Virus record (IMG/VR): IMGVR_UViG_3300037517_002797
Reading direction: 5' to 3' (one strand)
Length of the DNA stretch: 64,000 bases
Origin: an uncultured virus (IMG/VR IMGVR_UViG_3300037517_002797)
Lineage: Duplodnaviria; Heunggongvirae; Uroviricota; Caudoviricetes
Shown: positions 1 to 7,858 of the stretch, piece by piece
Layout of the letters: each line of letters begins with the position of its first letter
Position numbering within the stretch: the first letter of the stretch is position 1
Made by a program: the position numbers and the translations under genes
The notes under the pieces: model-generated
Told to the model about the DNA's origin: nothing
Databases searched by the model: none
What the model saw: the letters and a program-made list of their open reading frames with translations, nothing else

Positions 1-449
1 AACTCGGCTGGGAAGCCAAGAAACTTGCGAGCTTTCCAAATGCGGCCAAGAGTCTTGTAAGGAGTCTTGCCAGTGCGCACGCACTCGAGATCCTCTGCTG
101 TAACTTCAACAACCACTGGCTCCTTGAAAAGCTTCCAGTTGTTTGTGGCTAGCTGTGTGAACAGCGGGTCAGCGAATGATAGCAAGGTTGTTCCTATGCT
201 TGCGGCAGCTGGATTGCTAACAGCGCCAGAAGTTACAGGTGCTAGCTTGGCAGTTGTTGTCGTGCCAGCGATAAGACGCCAGGTCTTTCGTGGTGCGTGC
301 TCTGAGATGCGACGGCGATACATTGACAGCGGCACGATGGTGTGCGATGCTGCCATGCCTTCTGGCATGAACAAGACCTGCGTGGTCATGTTGTCCTTGC
401 GGAACTCTAGGTAGACGGCCTTGCCGACCGTAGGTAACTGTGTTGTCAT
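1..449 (-). CDS. hypothetical phage protein, 3' end outside window
   Basis: Read by hand: ATG at 449 after AAAGGACA RBS; MTTQLPTVGKAVYLEFRK... stays open to the window edge. Confidence 0.75.
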   Translation of the reverse strand, partial: MTTQLPTVGKAVYLEFRKDNMTTQVLFMPEGMAASHTIVPLSMYRRRISEHAPRKTWRLIAGTTTTAKLAPVTSGAVSNPAAASIGTTLLSFADPLFTQLATNNWKLFKEPVVVEVTAEDLECVRTGKTPYKTLGRIWKARKFLGFPAE

Positions 450-479
450 TTGGTGTCCTTTGTTTGTAGGTGTGGTATC

Positions 480-495
480 AATATACATTCCTTAG
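480..495 (-). promoter_or_regulatory. conserved phage promoter motif, copy 1 (CTAAGGAATGTATATT)
   Basis: Same 16-bp pattern recurs at 990, 1890, 2822 and 4000, each upstream of a minus-strand gene. Confidence 0.7.
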
Positions 496-504
496 AAACT
501 TGGC

Positions 505-551
505 GGGTCCAGCCGGCGGGGGCGTAGTCGCACAAGCCGCCGGCTGGTCCC
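505..551 (-). terminator. GC-rich hairpin, probable terminator
   Basis: CCAGCCGGCGG (509-519) pairs with CCGCCGGCTGG (537-547), just downstream of the 565..948 stop. Confidence 0.6.
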
Positions 552-564
552 AAGCTTGTCTGCA

Positions 565-948
565 CTAGACGTGAACTAGCGCAAGGAAGTCCTGGAATGA
601 CATCTCTGGTGGGAGAGCCATTGTTCGGATTGTCGTTGAGTCTTCTGCATTCACAACCACGACTACTTGGTCGTCCCAGATTACTACTGGCACGTCGTTG
701 TAGTCAGGCTTGCTGAAAGAATTCTCGCCGGCGCTAATGCCGAACCCAGTTTCTTCTGTCCAGTAGTTCCCAATGATTTGTGAGATGGCAATGCGTGTTG
801 CGTAGTCTGGATCGTTCCAGCGTGGCTGTGATGCAACGAGTGCTCGCTGCAAGTCACGATACCTGTCTGAACCGCCCCAGTGCGAGTACAAGAACACAGG
901 GACTGATTCCCTGTTGGCCTTGAACCCGATTACTGCTCTGTCGCCCAT
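565..948 (-). CDS. hypothetical phage protein
   Basis: 127-aa ORF, AAAGGACA RBS. Confidence 0.8.
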   Translation of the reverse strand: MGDRAVIGFKANRESVPVFLYSHWGGSDRYRDLQRALVASQPRWNDPDYATRIAISQIIGNYWTEETGFGISAGENSFSKPDYNDVPVVIWDDQVVVVVNAEDSTTIRTMALPPEMSFQDFLALVHV

Positions 949-989
949 GTCGTTATGTCCTTTCGGTAGGTTGTTTACTTGATGGTGTT

Positions 990-1005
990 ATCTTACATTC
1001 CTTAG
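990..1005 (-). promoter_or_regulatory. conserved phage promoter motif, copy 2 (CTAAGGAATGTAAGAT)
   Basis: Motif repeat ending in TANNNT -10. Confidence 0.7.
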
Positions 1006-1622
1006 ATTTGAACCAGCCTCATTGCTTCTTCACGTGCGTCTTGCTGAAGCTCGTGAGCTTTCTCGTAACAGTCTGTGTCATCGCTGTCAAAGTCAATCTC
1101 ATCGTAGCCTTCAATGTCAGATATATCACCGCCGGCTTCAGCTGCAACCTCGCCATTGAAAAAGCTCGTTGCGCCGTAGAAGCCCATGCCCTCTTCAGAG
1201 AAGCTAAGAACAAAGGTCAGCTCTGGGAATATTGCTGAGATGCGTCGGAACGCTTCTTCAGGTGGACCCCACGGAGACTGGAATGTGTATGACACTGTGG
1301 TGCCATCGTTGTAGATGTCGCCACCGTCGGTATCGCTGTCTGACCACTTGGTTCCCCAGTTGGCAATGTTCCAGTCGTACCAGTCCTTGTGACCATACTT
1401 GTCAATGTTTGACTGCTGCTTCGCAGCAAGCTCCAAAGCTTCTGGTGAGTTCTTGTCTGTGAAACCGCCAGCCATTGTCACTGTCAAATCCTCTGGAGTT
1501 GGCAGGTAGCTTTCAATGAGCAGCAGGTCTTGTGAGTCGTCTTTCTTGACGCCGGCGACAAAGCGGCTAATCGCTTCTTTGTCACCAGTGATTGTGAGTT
1601 CGTTTGAGCACCAATTAGGCAT
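1002..1622 (-). CDS. DUF1281/YubB-like ferredoxin-fold protein
   Basis: MPNWCSN start, WYDWNIANWGTKW and F.SPWGPP motifs typical of the family. Confidence 0.75.
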   Translation of the reverse strand: MPNWCSNELTITGDKEAISRFVAGVKKDDSQDLLLIESYLPTPEDLTVTMAGGFTDKNSPEALELAAKQQSNIDKYGHKDWYDWNIANWGTKWSDSDTDGGDIYNDGTTVSYTFQSPWGPPEEAFRRISAIFPELTFVLSFSEEGMGFYGATSFFNGEVAAEAGGDISDIEGYDEIDFDSDDTDCYEKAHELQQDAREEAMRLVQI

Positions 1623-1854
1623 TGCTCTCCGCCTTTACTACTGGGCTCAAGCCACGGACGATCCTGCCAAGCAGAGCGTCAGGTGTCTCGCCTTCGCTTG
1701 CGTAGACGAAGATGTGCTGGTTGTGTCCCAAGCACTCAATGTCAACAACTGCGTACAAGTTGCCGCCTTTGACATTGTTCAGTTGAACTGAGACCTTAGG
1801 CGAGTCGCCTTCGGCCAGGTGGATGTTTGTTCGTGATGATGCGTATTCACGCAT
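1615..1854 (-). CDS. hypothetical protein
   Basis: 79-aa ORF, AAAGGACA RBS, overlaps next start. Confidence 0.7.
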   Translation of the reverse strand: MREYASSRTNIHLAEGDSPKVSVQLNNVKGGNLYAVVDIECLGHNQHIFVYASEGETPDALLGRIVRGLSPVVKAESNA

Positions 1855-1889
1855 GTCGTATGTCCTTTCGGGTAGGTGTTGTTGAGCCT

Positions 1890-1905
1890 ATATTACATTC
1901 CGTAG
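1890..1905 (-). promoter_or_regulatory. conserved phage promoter motif, copy 3 (CTACGGAATGTAATAT)
   Basis: Motif repeat. Confidence 0.7.
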
Positions 1906-1909
1906 ATTT

Positions 1910-2170
1910 CTACAGATCCACGCTCCACTCTTGTGGGTACAGGAGTGGTGCGGCGCAATCTAGACAGATTGTCCACGGGTCCAGCGCCGATATCTCAACG
2001 GATACGACGATGCACGGAATGATTGTATCTTCCGCAGAAATGATCCCGAGGATCATTCCACAGTTAGCGCACTCATCGGCATCAATTACAAAGTCGTAGA
2101 TTTCTTCTTCGGCGAGCTCGAGCATGTCTTCGACTGATTCAATGACGAACACGGAGATGTCGTGGTTCAT
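1910..2170 (-). CDS. small acidic protein with two CxxC pairs
   Basis: CANC...CLDC; leaderless TAGCGT-N6-ATG. Confidence 0.7.
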   Translation of the reverse strand: MNHDISVFVIESVEDMLELAEEEIYDFVIDADECANCGMILGIISAEDTIIPCIVVSVEISALDPWTICLDCAAPLLYPQEWSVDL

Positions 2171-2228
2171 ATGAACACGCTATCATCTCGCGTGCCCGTC
2201 ATCGGAATCCGACGCTTAGCTAACCGCC

Positions 2229-2756
2229 CTACTTAGCGATTGCTCTGATGCGTGAAAGCTTTGTCTCAAGACGTGCAATGCGATCCTCGAGATGCTTCGT
2301 GCGATCAGCGATAAGAATGTTGATCAAGTCATTTGCACTTGGCGCTGATTTCTTCTTGGCTTGAGCTTTCTTTTTTGACTTGTTGCGTGCGCCACTTGAC
2401 GAGTTCGCAACTGTAATCTTGAAAGGAACCTTTGGAAGCGACGTGCGAGTTGCACGTGTACCTGCTGTGTAGAACAGCAGTGCGTCTGCGCCACGGCTTC
2501 TGCCACGAAGTTCACGCTCTGCTTTTGTCTCAGTTCGTGAGAGCAGCTGCTTTGATTCAACAAAGGCATCGAGAACCATTCGGAGGTACTCACGTGAAAG
2601 TGTCTTGCCACGAAGGCCCTTGTATAAGGAGTTGATCTCGTTGATCGTCAGTGGCATCGATGCATCTGCAATGATCCCATAAACGACATCACGAGTCATT
2701 TGACCCTTTTTGAGGGCGCCTTCTCTGGCACGTTTTGATATGGATAGGTTGACCAT
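2229..2756 (-). CDS. basic putative DNA-binding protein with C-terminal coiled coil
   Basis: Start chosen at 2756 after AAGGACA; very K/R-rich. Confidence 0.6.
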   Translation of the reverse strand: MVNLSISKRAREGALKKGQMTRDVVYGIIADASMPLTINEINSLYKGLRGKTLSREYLRMVLDAFVESKQLLSRTETKAERELRGRSRGADALLFYTAGTRATRTSLPKVPFKITVANSSSGARNKSKKKAQAKKKSAPSANDLINILIADRTKHLEDRIARLETKLSRIRAIAK

Positions 2757-2821
2757 GTAATTTGTCCTTACTGTCGTTGGTACTACCAATATATCACGGG
2801 AGTGTGACATATTCGTGATTG

Positions 2822-2837
2822 ATTGTAACTTCCTTAG
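2822..2837 (-). promoter_or_regulatory. conserved phage promoter motif, copy 4 (CTAAGGAAGTTACAAT)
   Basis: Motif repeat. Confidence 0.6.
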
Positions 2838-3580
2838 ATTTTGAACATCTGAGTTTCAAGCGCGAGGCGCGTCAGTGTTGACTGCGTCGGAACACCATTC
2901 GCGTCGGACCCAACAACTCCGATCAGTCTTTGGAACCGCGCGTAAGCGCGCTGCGTTTTTACGTCAAACTTTCCGCGCTCGTAGTCTCTTAAGCCAACCG
3001 CGACGACCAGTGCCCGTTGCAATATTTCCACGCTGGCATGCCGCTTGCCGGGTAACAGCTGAGATGTCAACAGCTCAGGCTTGCCCGTCAATATATTTGA
3101 GTCCTTGGCAGGCCGCTGTTTGAAATCAGGACGACAAAATCCAAGAACTTCATATTTCCAGCGCGTGCGTTCAAAGATCCCGTCATTAACATCCGGCGCC
3201 TTAGGCAGGCCTGAAGAAATGTTTGCTTCGATTGCGGTGAACGTCTCGCTGATCTTCCATCCGTCAATGTTCGTGACGATGCCAACGTGCGGCATGCCGA
3301 ACGCGCCGTCAAGAGAAAACGAGTAAAAGACAATGTCACCGGGTTGCGGACGTTCGCGCCATCTTCTTTGATAAATGAATTCGGCAAGCCCGTTCGGACT
3401 GTACACGCAGGCAGGTATTTTTACGCCGGCGTCATAAGCGACGCAGTCTATAAATGAACCAGACCATGGCGCGCCCGTTGACGTATATCCCGTCCTCGCC
3501 GCAAAGTCATTTCTACCGCCAGGGGATGCGCGGTAGCCAAGATAACTTTTTGCGAGCTCAAGAAATCTGTCAGCGGTCAT
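2834..3580 (-). CDS. CHAP-like domain plus peptidoglycan-binding domain protein
   Basis: PWSGSF, PQPGDIVFY, HVGIV, IEAN; C-terminal VEILQRAL...G.FD..TQ.A..RFQ...A.GVP. Confidence 0.7.
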   Translation of the reverse strand: MTADRFLELAKSYLGYRASPGGRNDFAARTGYTSTGAPWSGSFIDCVAYDAGVKIPACVYSPNGLAEFIYQRRWRERPQPGDIVFYSFSLDGAFGMPHVGIVTNIDGWKISETFTAIEANISSGLPKAPDVNDGIFERTRWKYEVLGFCRPDFKQRPAKDSNILTGKPELLTSQLLPGKRHASVEILQRALVVAVGLRDYERGKFDVKTQRAYARFQRLIGVVGSDANGVPTQSTLTRLALETQMFKI

Positions 3581-3993
3581 TCGATGATTGTACCATCAGG
3601 CGCGACAACTTCGGTCCATCCGCCGTGCCCGTCTCCATAAACGAGACAGCCGTGCCCGTCACTATCCCAGGAGAATTCGCAGCATGACTTGCCACCCGTC
3701 GCTTCTTTCTCGTCAATTGACATCGAGTGCATGCCACCCGTCTTGCCAAAGATTCCAGGAAGAATGCGAGCGATCTTCAAGCAACATTCATGGCAGAGCG
3801 CGACGTTATGCAAAAGTGACCCGTCATCGAGCGCCAGGTCCGTAAACATGCCGTACCCACCTGAAAAATCGAGGCACCAGCCGTTTTCTACCTGAAGCCA
3901 GCCCGTCTGGGTCTGGTCTTCGCCAGGCGTGCCCGTCCCAATTACCTGGACGTCCGCGCCGCAATTGTCGCAGTCGGCCGTCACTAAATTCAT
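3577..3993 (-). CDS. Cys-rich hypothetical protein
   Basis: CDNC...CHEC; overlaps next gene; leaderless start. Confidence 0.7.
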   Translation of the reverse strand: MNLVTADCDNCGADVQVIGTGTPGEDQTQTGWLQVENGWCLDFSGGYGMFTDLALDDGSLLHNVALCHECCLKIARILPGIFGKTGGMHSMSIDEKEATGGKSCCEFSWDSDGHGCLVYGDGHGGWTEVVAPDGTIIE

Positions 3994-3999
3994 AATTTC

Positions 4000-4015
4000 A
4001 GTATACTTTCCCTAG
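4000..4015 (-). promoter_or_regulatory. conserved phage promoter motif, copy 5 (CTAGGGAAAGTATACT), leaderless
   Basis: Motif repeat; ATG 6 nt after TATACT. Confidence 0.65.
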
Positions 4016-4023
4016 TTTTGGGG

Positions 4024-4185
4024 CTATTGACTGATATATGAGGCCGAAAGCCCTTGAAATAAGGCTCTCGCGGCATTTGCCCGTGCGGTGACCCGAATAT
4101 GCTCTTCTCGAGTCTTTGCCTTCTCGATGTCGTCAACGAGGTCCAAATACAGTTTTTCCGCTAGATCTAGGGTTTCTTGTGACAT
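4024..4185 (-). CDS. small hypothetical protein
   Basis: MSQETLDLAEK..., starts right after the upstream stop. Confidence 0.6.
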   Translation of the reverse strand: MSQETLDLAEKLYLDLVDDIEKAKTREEHIRVTARANAARALFQGLSASYISQ

Positions 4186-4186
4186 T

Positions 4187-5101
4187 TTAGGTTTCCTCGA
4201 CGATTTCTGCGTCTTCAATGTCACTCTCGGCGTCTTTTGGTATTTCCAGACCAGCTTCGGCCATTTTCGCCGCAACTTGAATTGCGCCGGCCGCTAGACG
4301 TTGTAGACGTTCAGCAACTACCTGAGCTGGTTGACGCCCGTCAGTAACTTCAAGGCGCGCATCGAACTCTATACCACCACGAACTCCCGCGCGGTCCAGG
4401 ATTTCAGTCGAAGCTTTAAGCTTCACTGGTTCAGATTGCGCGTTCTGCATAAGATCTTCTAAGACGTCCACCGCGTAAGGCGCAGCCTGCGTCAGCTTTG
4501 CCCGGGCGCGCTCGACATCTTCTCCAGGACGACGCTGAACAGACCCAAGGTGGATGCGACAGTACCCGTCATCTGCCGGGCGTCCTGAAGACCAAAGCAT
4601 GCAGCGGATCCCGTCATCCTTGACGTGCTTGCATCGAGTTGGGAGGGCAGCTGGTTTACGTCGAGGTGAGCTCGGTCCACCTGCCTCTTGCTCTTTTATC
4701 CAGGCGCGTGTCGCGCCAACTACCCAAGGAGGCACAAGGTAGTCGGACGCGCTCTCCGCGAGTAGATCTAGACCCGTTATATAATCAGAGTTGATACGGT
4801 CTGGATCTACAAGAATTGGTTTCTTTTCTGTGAGGGACATGACCCGGCGCGCTTTTGCCATCTCGGCAGAACGCGCCTGGATCAATCCCGTTGGAACTCC
4901 ATTCGAGGCGTACACAGGATCCCATCCCATCTTGTGTGCCCGAAGGAGTCCTCGGTTTTCAAAGGTATCTTGGCAGACCCCGCGCTCGACTTCTTCAATG
5001 CCGATGTCGCCTAGCTTGGGGCGTATGTTGATTGGAGAGTCTACTTCAAACTCGGCTCTCTCCGGACCGGGTTCATCTCCAAATACAAGTTCTTCTGACA
5101 T
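4187..5101 (-). CDS. putative terminase small subunit-like protein
   Basis: RC...RC...YCRIHLG zinc motif then helical AVDVLEDLM...SEPVKLKASTEILDRAG, resembling actinophage TerS-like proteins. Confidence 0.45.
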   Translation of the reverse strand: MSEELVFGDEPGPERAEFEVDSPINIRPKLGDIGIEEVERGVCQDTFENRGLLRAHKMGWDPVYASNGVPTGLIQARSAEMAKARRVMSLTEKKPILVDPDRINSDYITGLDLLAESASDYLVPPWVVGATRAWIKEQEAGGPSSPRRKPAALPTRCKHVKDDGIRCMLWSSGRPADDGYCRIHLGSVQRRPGEDVERARAKLTQAAPYAVDVLEDLMQNAQSEPVKLKASTEILDRAGVRGGIEFDARLEVTDGRQPAQVVAERLQRLAAGAIQVAAKMAEAGLEIPKDAESDIEDAEIVEET

Positions 5102-5118
5102 GTTTTCCTTTAATAGTG

Positions 5119-5162
5119 TTGGACCCCGCCTGTGGGGAGAGGGCGAACCAGGCGAGGCCCAA
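5119..5162 (-). terminator. hairpin downstream of histone-like gene
   Basis: TTGGGCCTCGCCTG / CAGGCGGGGTCCAA 14-bp stem with G-U pairs on minus strand. Confidence 0.5.
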
Positions 5163-5173
5163 CTCGTTGTAGC

Positions 5174-5398
5174 CTACTTACCGCCGAAGATCCTCTTCAA
5201 TAGAGACTTCTTCTTGGCAGGTGCGGACGTCTTCGGTGCCGGTGCTGGATCTGCAAAGGTTCCCTTTGCGATCTCTTCTGGGCGGACGTTTGCTGGAGCT
5301 ACTTTCTTCGGTGCTGCAGCCTTCTTGGCTGGCGCGGCTTTCTTTTTGGCCGGCGCTGCCTTCTTGGCTGCTGCTTTCTTTGCTACTGGTTTGTTCAT
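5174..5398 (-). CDS. histone H1-like Lys/Ala/Pro-rich protein
   Basis: PAKKAA repeats; GGAG RBS before ATG 5398. Confidence 0.7.
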   Translation of the reverse strand: MNKPVAKKAAAKKAAPAKKKAAPAKKAAAPKKVAPANVRPEEIAKGTFADPAPAPKTSAPAKKKSLLKRIFGGK

Positions 5399-5426
5399 TG
5401 TTCTGTTCTCTCCCTGTTTGGATTGG

Positions 5427-5624
5427 TTACTTGGAAGTTCCGCGACCAAAGGCTGAATCATTCTTGTTGACCCAACGCAGGAGGACTGGAACTACCGCTG
5501 CTACTCCGGCCGACAGGATTGCCTGTGGGTCGGTATTGCCGCTCAGGTAGACGGCCAGGCAGGCGCCGATAAAGGAGCGAGCGTAGGACGAGGCCATTGC
5601 GGTCATTTGTGGTGTTAGTTTCAT
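5427..5624 (-). CDS. putative holin
   Basis: Two hydrophobic helices, SYARSF...TDP...PVLLRW.N.ND.AFG pattern like actinophage holins. Confidence 0.6.
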   Translation of the reverse strand: MKLTPQMTAMASSYARSFIGACLAVYLSGNTDPQAILSAGVAAVVPVLLRWVNKNDSAFGRGTSK

Positions 5625-5867
5625 GGATTTCTCCGTTTCTGGAGCCCGGTTGGGTCCAGTGAAGATCATAGATCATAGCGGGACAAGTGATTTCCCGTGA
5701 GTTTTTCATAAGAGTAGGGACTGATGGCAGGACTCTTTTAGAAACAACGGTTCTCGGGCACAAAACGGCCCGTCAAAAAATGCTTCGAGAAACTGTCTTT
5801 TTTGCCCAAAAGTAGTGCAAAATGGAAATTTGGTATTCCGCTTTCAAAAAAGTCAAAAACTTGAAGG

Positions 5868-5943
5868 TTCCAGCCCAGCCACCTACTACAACAAGGAAGC
5901 CGAGAGAAAGGGATAAGCTCGGCCTACCAAAACTGGGCTGGAA
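5868..5943. repeat. nested inverted repeat downstream of tRNA
   Basis: Outer TTCCAGCCCAG/CTGGGCTGGAA, inner GCCGAG/CTCGGC. Confidence 0.65.
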
Positions 5944-5948
5944 CCCAG

Positions 5949-6020
5949 AGCCTAGAGTCAGGATTGAACTGACGACCTACCGCTTACAAGGCGGTTGCTC
6001 TACCACTGAGCTATCCAGGC
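5949..6020 (-). tRNA. tRNA-Thr(UGU), CCA not encoded
   Basis: Acceptor GCCTGGA/TCTAGGC, D arm AGCTCAGTGGTAGAGC, anticodon arm ACCGC-CTTGTAA-GCGGT, T loop GTTCAATC. Confidence 0.95.
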
Positions 6021-6028
6021 GTGTACGC

Positions 6029-6688
6029 TTATTTTACCTCAAAGATTGTTTCTTTATGATGCTTCAATTTGATCAATGGGTTGACATAGATCTTGTACCC
6101 AGCTCGTTGCGCTTGACCACACCACGAGTAGTCTTCCCCGACATTTACTCTTATCTCTGAGTCTGGCGACCACTTCATTTTTCCAATCAGGAACCAAGGT
6201 CTTGGGATATTCTCAAAGACGCCAGACTTGACACATAGGAATCCAAAGCCTACGCCACCGACCTCAACAGGTTCAGTGTGAAGTAAGAACTCAACCGACT
6301 GAACAGAAGTCATGGCACCATGCTCGTTTGGATAGCCTACGGCCAACTTACCGTATTGGTCAATAGCGTAGAGTCCAGACACTATTTCCAGCTCTGATTT
6401 GTATAGAGCAAGAAAGTCTTCTGGATCCCATTCCACATCTGAGTCAATCCAGAACAACTTGTCATAGGTAAACTTACCTTCAGCAATCTCGTTTGAATCA
6501 TAGTTGTGATCCCATCGGTCTATCGCTGTAAGTTCTCGAGCTGTCGGAACAAATGACGAGTACTTGTTTAGAAAAGTATAAGTCAGTCCTTCAGCCGTTA
6601 GAGCTTCCAAAGTCTTCACAAGAGACTGAACATACTCTGAATGGAACATTCGTCCCGGAGTTGCGATTACAACATTGTAGTGTTTCAT
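6029..6688 (-). CDS. GT-A fold glycosyltransferase-like protein
   Basis: WIDSD DxD motif, GFGFLCVK, GEDYSWC; paralogue of 52761..53606. Confidence 0.7.
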   Translation of the reverse strand: MKHYNVVIATPGRMFHSEYVQSLVKTLEALTAEGLTYTFLNKYSSFVPTARELTAIDRWDHNYDSNEIAEGKFTYDKLFWIDSDVEWDPEDFLALYKSELEIVSGLYAIDQYGKLAVGYPNEHGAMTSVQSVEFLLHTEPVEVGGVGFGFLCVKSGVFENIPRPWFLIGKMKWSPDSEIRVNVGEDYSWCGQAQRAGYKIYVNPLIKLKHHKETIFEVK

Positions 6689-7158
6689 TATACCTCTGTT
6701 CGGCACTTACGGCAGAGTAGCGCGTCATATCCAGTAGCATAGGTTGTAGCCTTTCCAGACTGAGTTACTGGAACAGGAACCACATTCTCGTCATTCTGCT
6801 TACATCTGTCACATTTTAGATCTACAACCCACTCAATGGACTTACCCGTCTCAATATGAGAGATCATTCCACGAGTCAGCGCATGAAGCTTCCCACCACC
6901 ATCAGTCCTTCGTAAGAACTTGCGAGTGTCTTCAGCTTCGAGAACTGGTCTACAGTTCTTACATGGGCATTCCATTCTTGCTGGCTTACAGAAAGTTATA
7001 CCGTTTACCGTCGTGTGCCTAGCAACTGCGTGGCCACAGAGACAGATACTTGGATCCGAACGTCTTGGTCTTCCCTGTTCTCTCAATTCTTCCTCAGCCT
7101 CGAGTACTTCCTCAACTGAAAGACCCATCGCCTTTAGCGCGTCTTCTGCACTACTCAT
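6688..7158 (-). CDS. Cys-rich zinc-binding hypothetical protein
   Basis: CLCGH..H, CPC..C, CDRC, CRKC; TAATG coupling. Confidence 0.7.
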   Translation of the reverse strand: MSSAEDALKAMGLSVEEVLEAEEELREQGRPRRSDPSICLCGHAVARHTTVNGITFCKPARMECPCKNCRPVLEAEDTRKFLRRTDGGGKLHALTRGMISHIETGKSIEWVVDLKCDRCKQNDENVVPVPVTQSGKATTYATGYDALLCRKCRTEV

Positions 7159-7264
7159 GTCACTTTCCTTTCATCTTTGTACAAAGCCAGAAACTCAGTT
7201 TTGTACACGTTTGTACACACGAAACTATATCATGTACATAGCATAAATGTCGCATAAAAAACTT

Positions 7265-7353
7265 ATAAAACAAAGAAGCCAAGTTTAGTTTACGTTACCT
7301 ACCTACACACATGTATACGCGTATATAAAAATAAGTTGGCTTCTTTGTTTTAT
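7265..7353. repeat. perfect 18-bp inverted repeat with internal 12-bp palindrome, in AT-rich strand-switch region
   Basis: ATAAAACAAAGAAGCCAA (7265-7282) / TTGGCTTCTTTGTTTTAT (7336-7353); TATACGCGTATA at 7314-7325. Confidence 0.9.
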
Positions 7354-7601
7354 GTATTATAAATGCCCACATACTAAGCCAGATTTTTTGTAGCCATCAC
7401 GCAAAGTGCCTTAGTATCTTTTTGACACAATTTTTCCCTCTCACTCTTTTTCTCTTTCTTCTCTTCCTCACGACGCCCAGAAAAGTAAAATCATAAAGTA
7501 CATTTCGTTTCATTAGTAAGAGTTCTAGAGCGACAAAAATCACGTCACTTGTACTTTATCTACGTGACCATCACACATCTAAAAACGTGTAAAATTGCCT
7601 C

Positions 7602-7856
7602 GTGATTCAATTTGTAGATGAGACACAGCAGCAAAGAACAATGCGAAGACTCACTGCGTGTCTTCACACTCTGTACTCAATTTCAGAAGAATTAGATGAT
7701 CCAGAAAATGTAGAAGACCGCGGAGATCTACTAATCGCAGCAGAAAACTTACTCGATGCTGCACTGTGCATTACAGATGACATTCGCGGCATTGTCTGGC
7801 AATATTCACAAACCCCTGCTGAAATAGCAGCCGAAGAGAATGATACTGATATCTAA
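7602..7856 (+). CDS. acidic hypothetical protein
   Basis: 84 aa; TAAAAT-N6-GTG leaderless start. Confidence 0.7.
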   Translation: MIQFVDETQQQRTMRRLTACLHTLYSISEELDDPENVEDRGDLLIAAENLLDAALCITDDIRGIVWQYSQTPAEIAAEENDTDI

Positions 7857-7858
7857 CT

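Noticed and set aside
4791..5456. 221-aa plus-strand ORF
   Set aside because: Antisense shadow of real minus-strand genes
5949..6020. tRNA as prophage attachment site or host boundary
   Set aside because: No integrase adjacent, no duplicated tRNA end seen, phage-like genes on both sides
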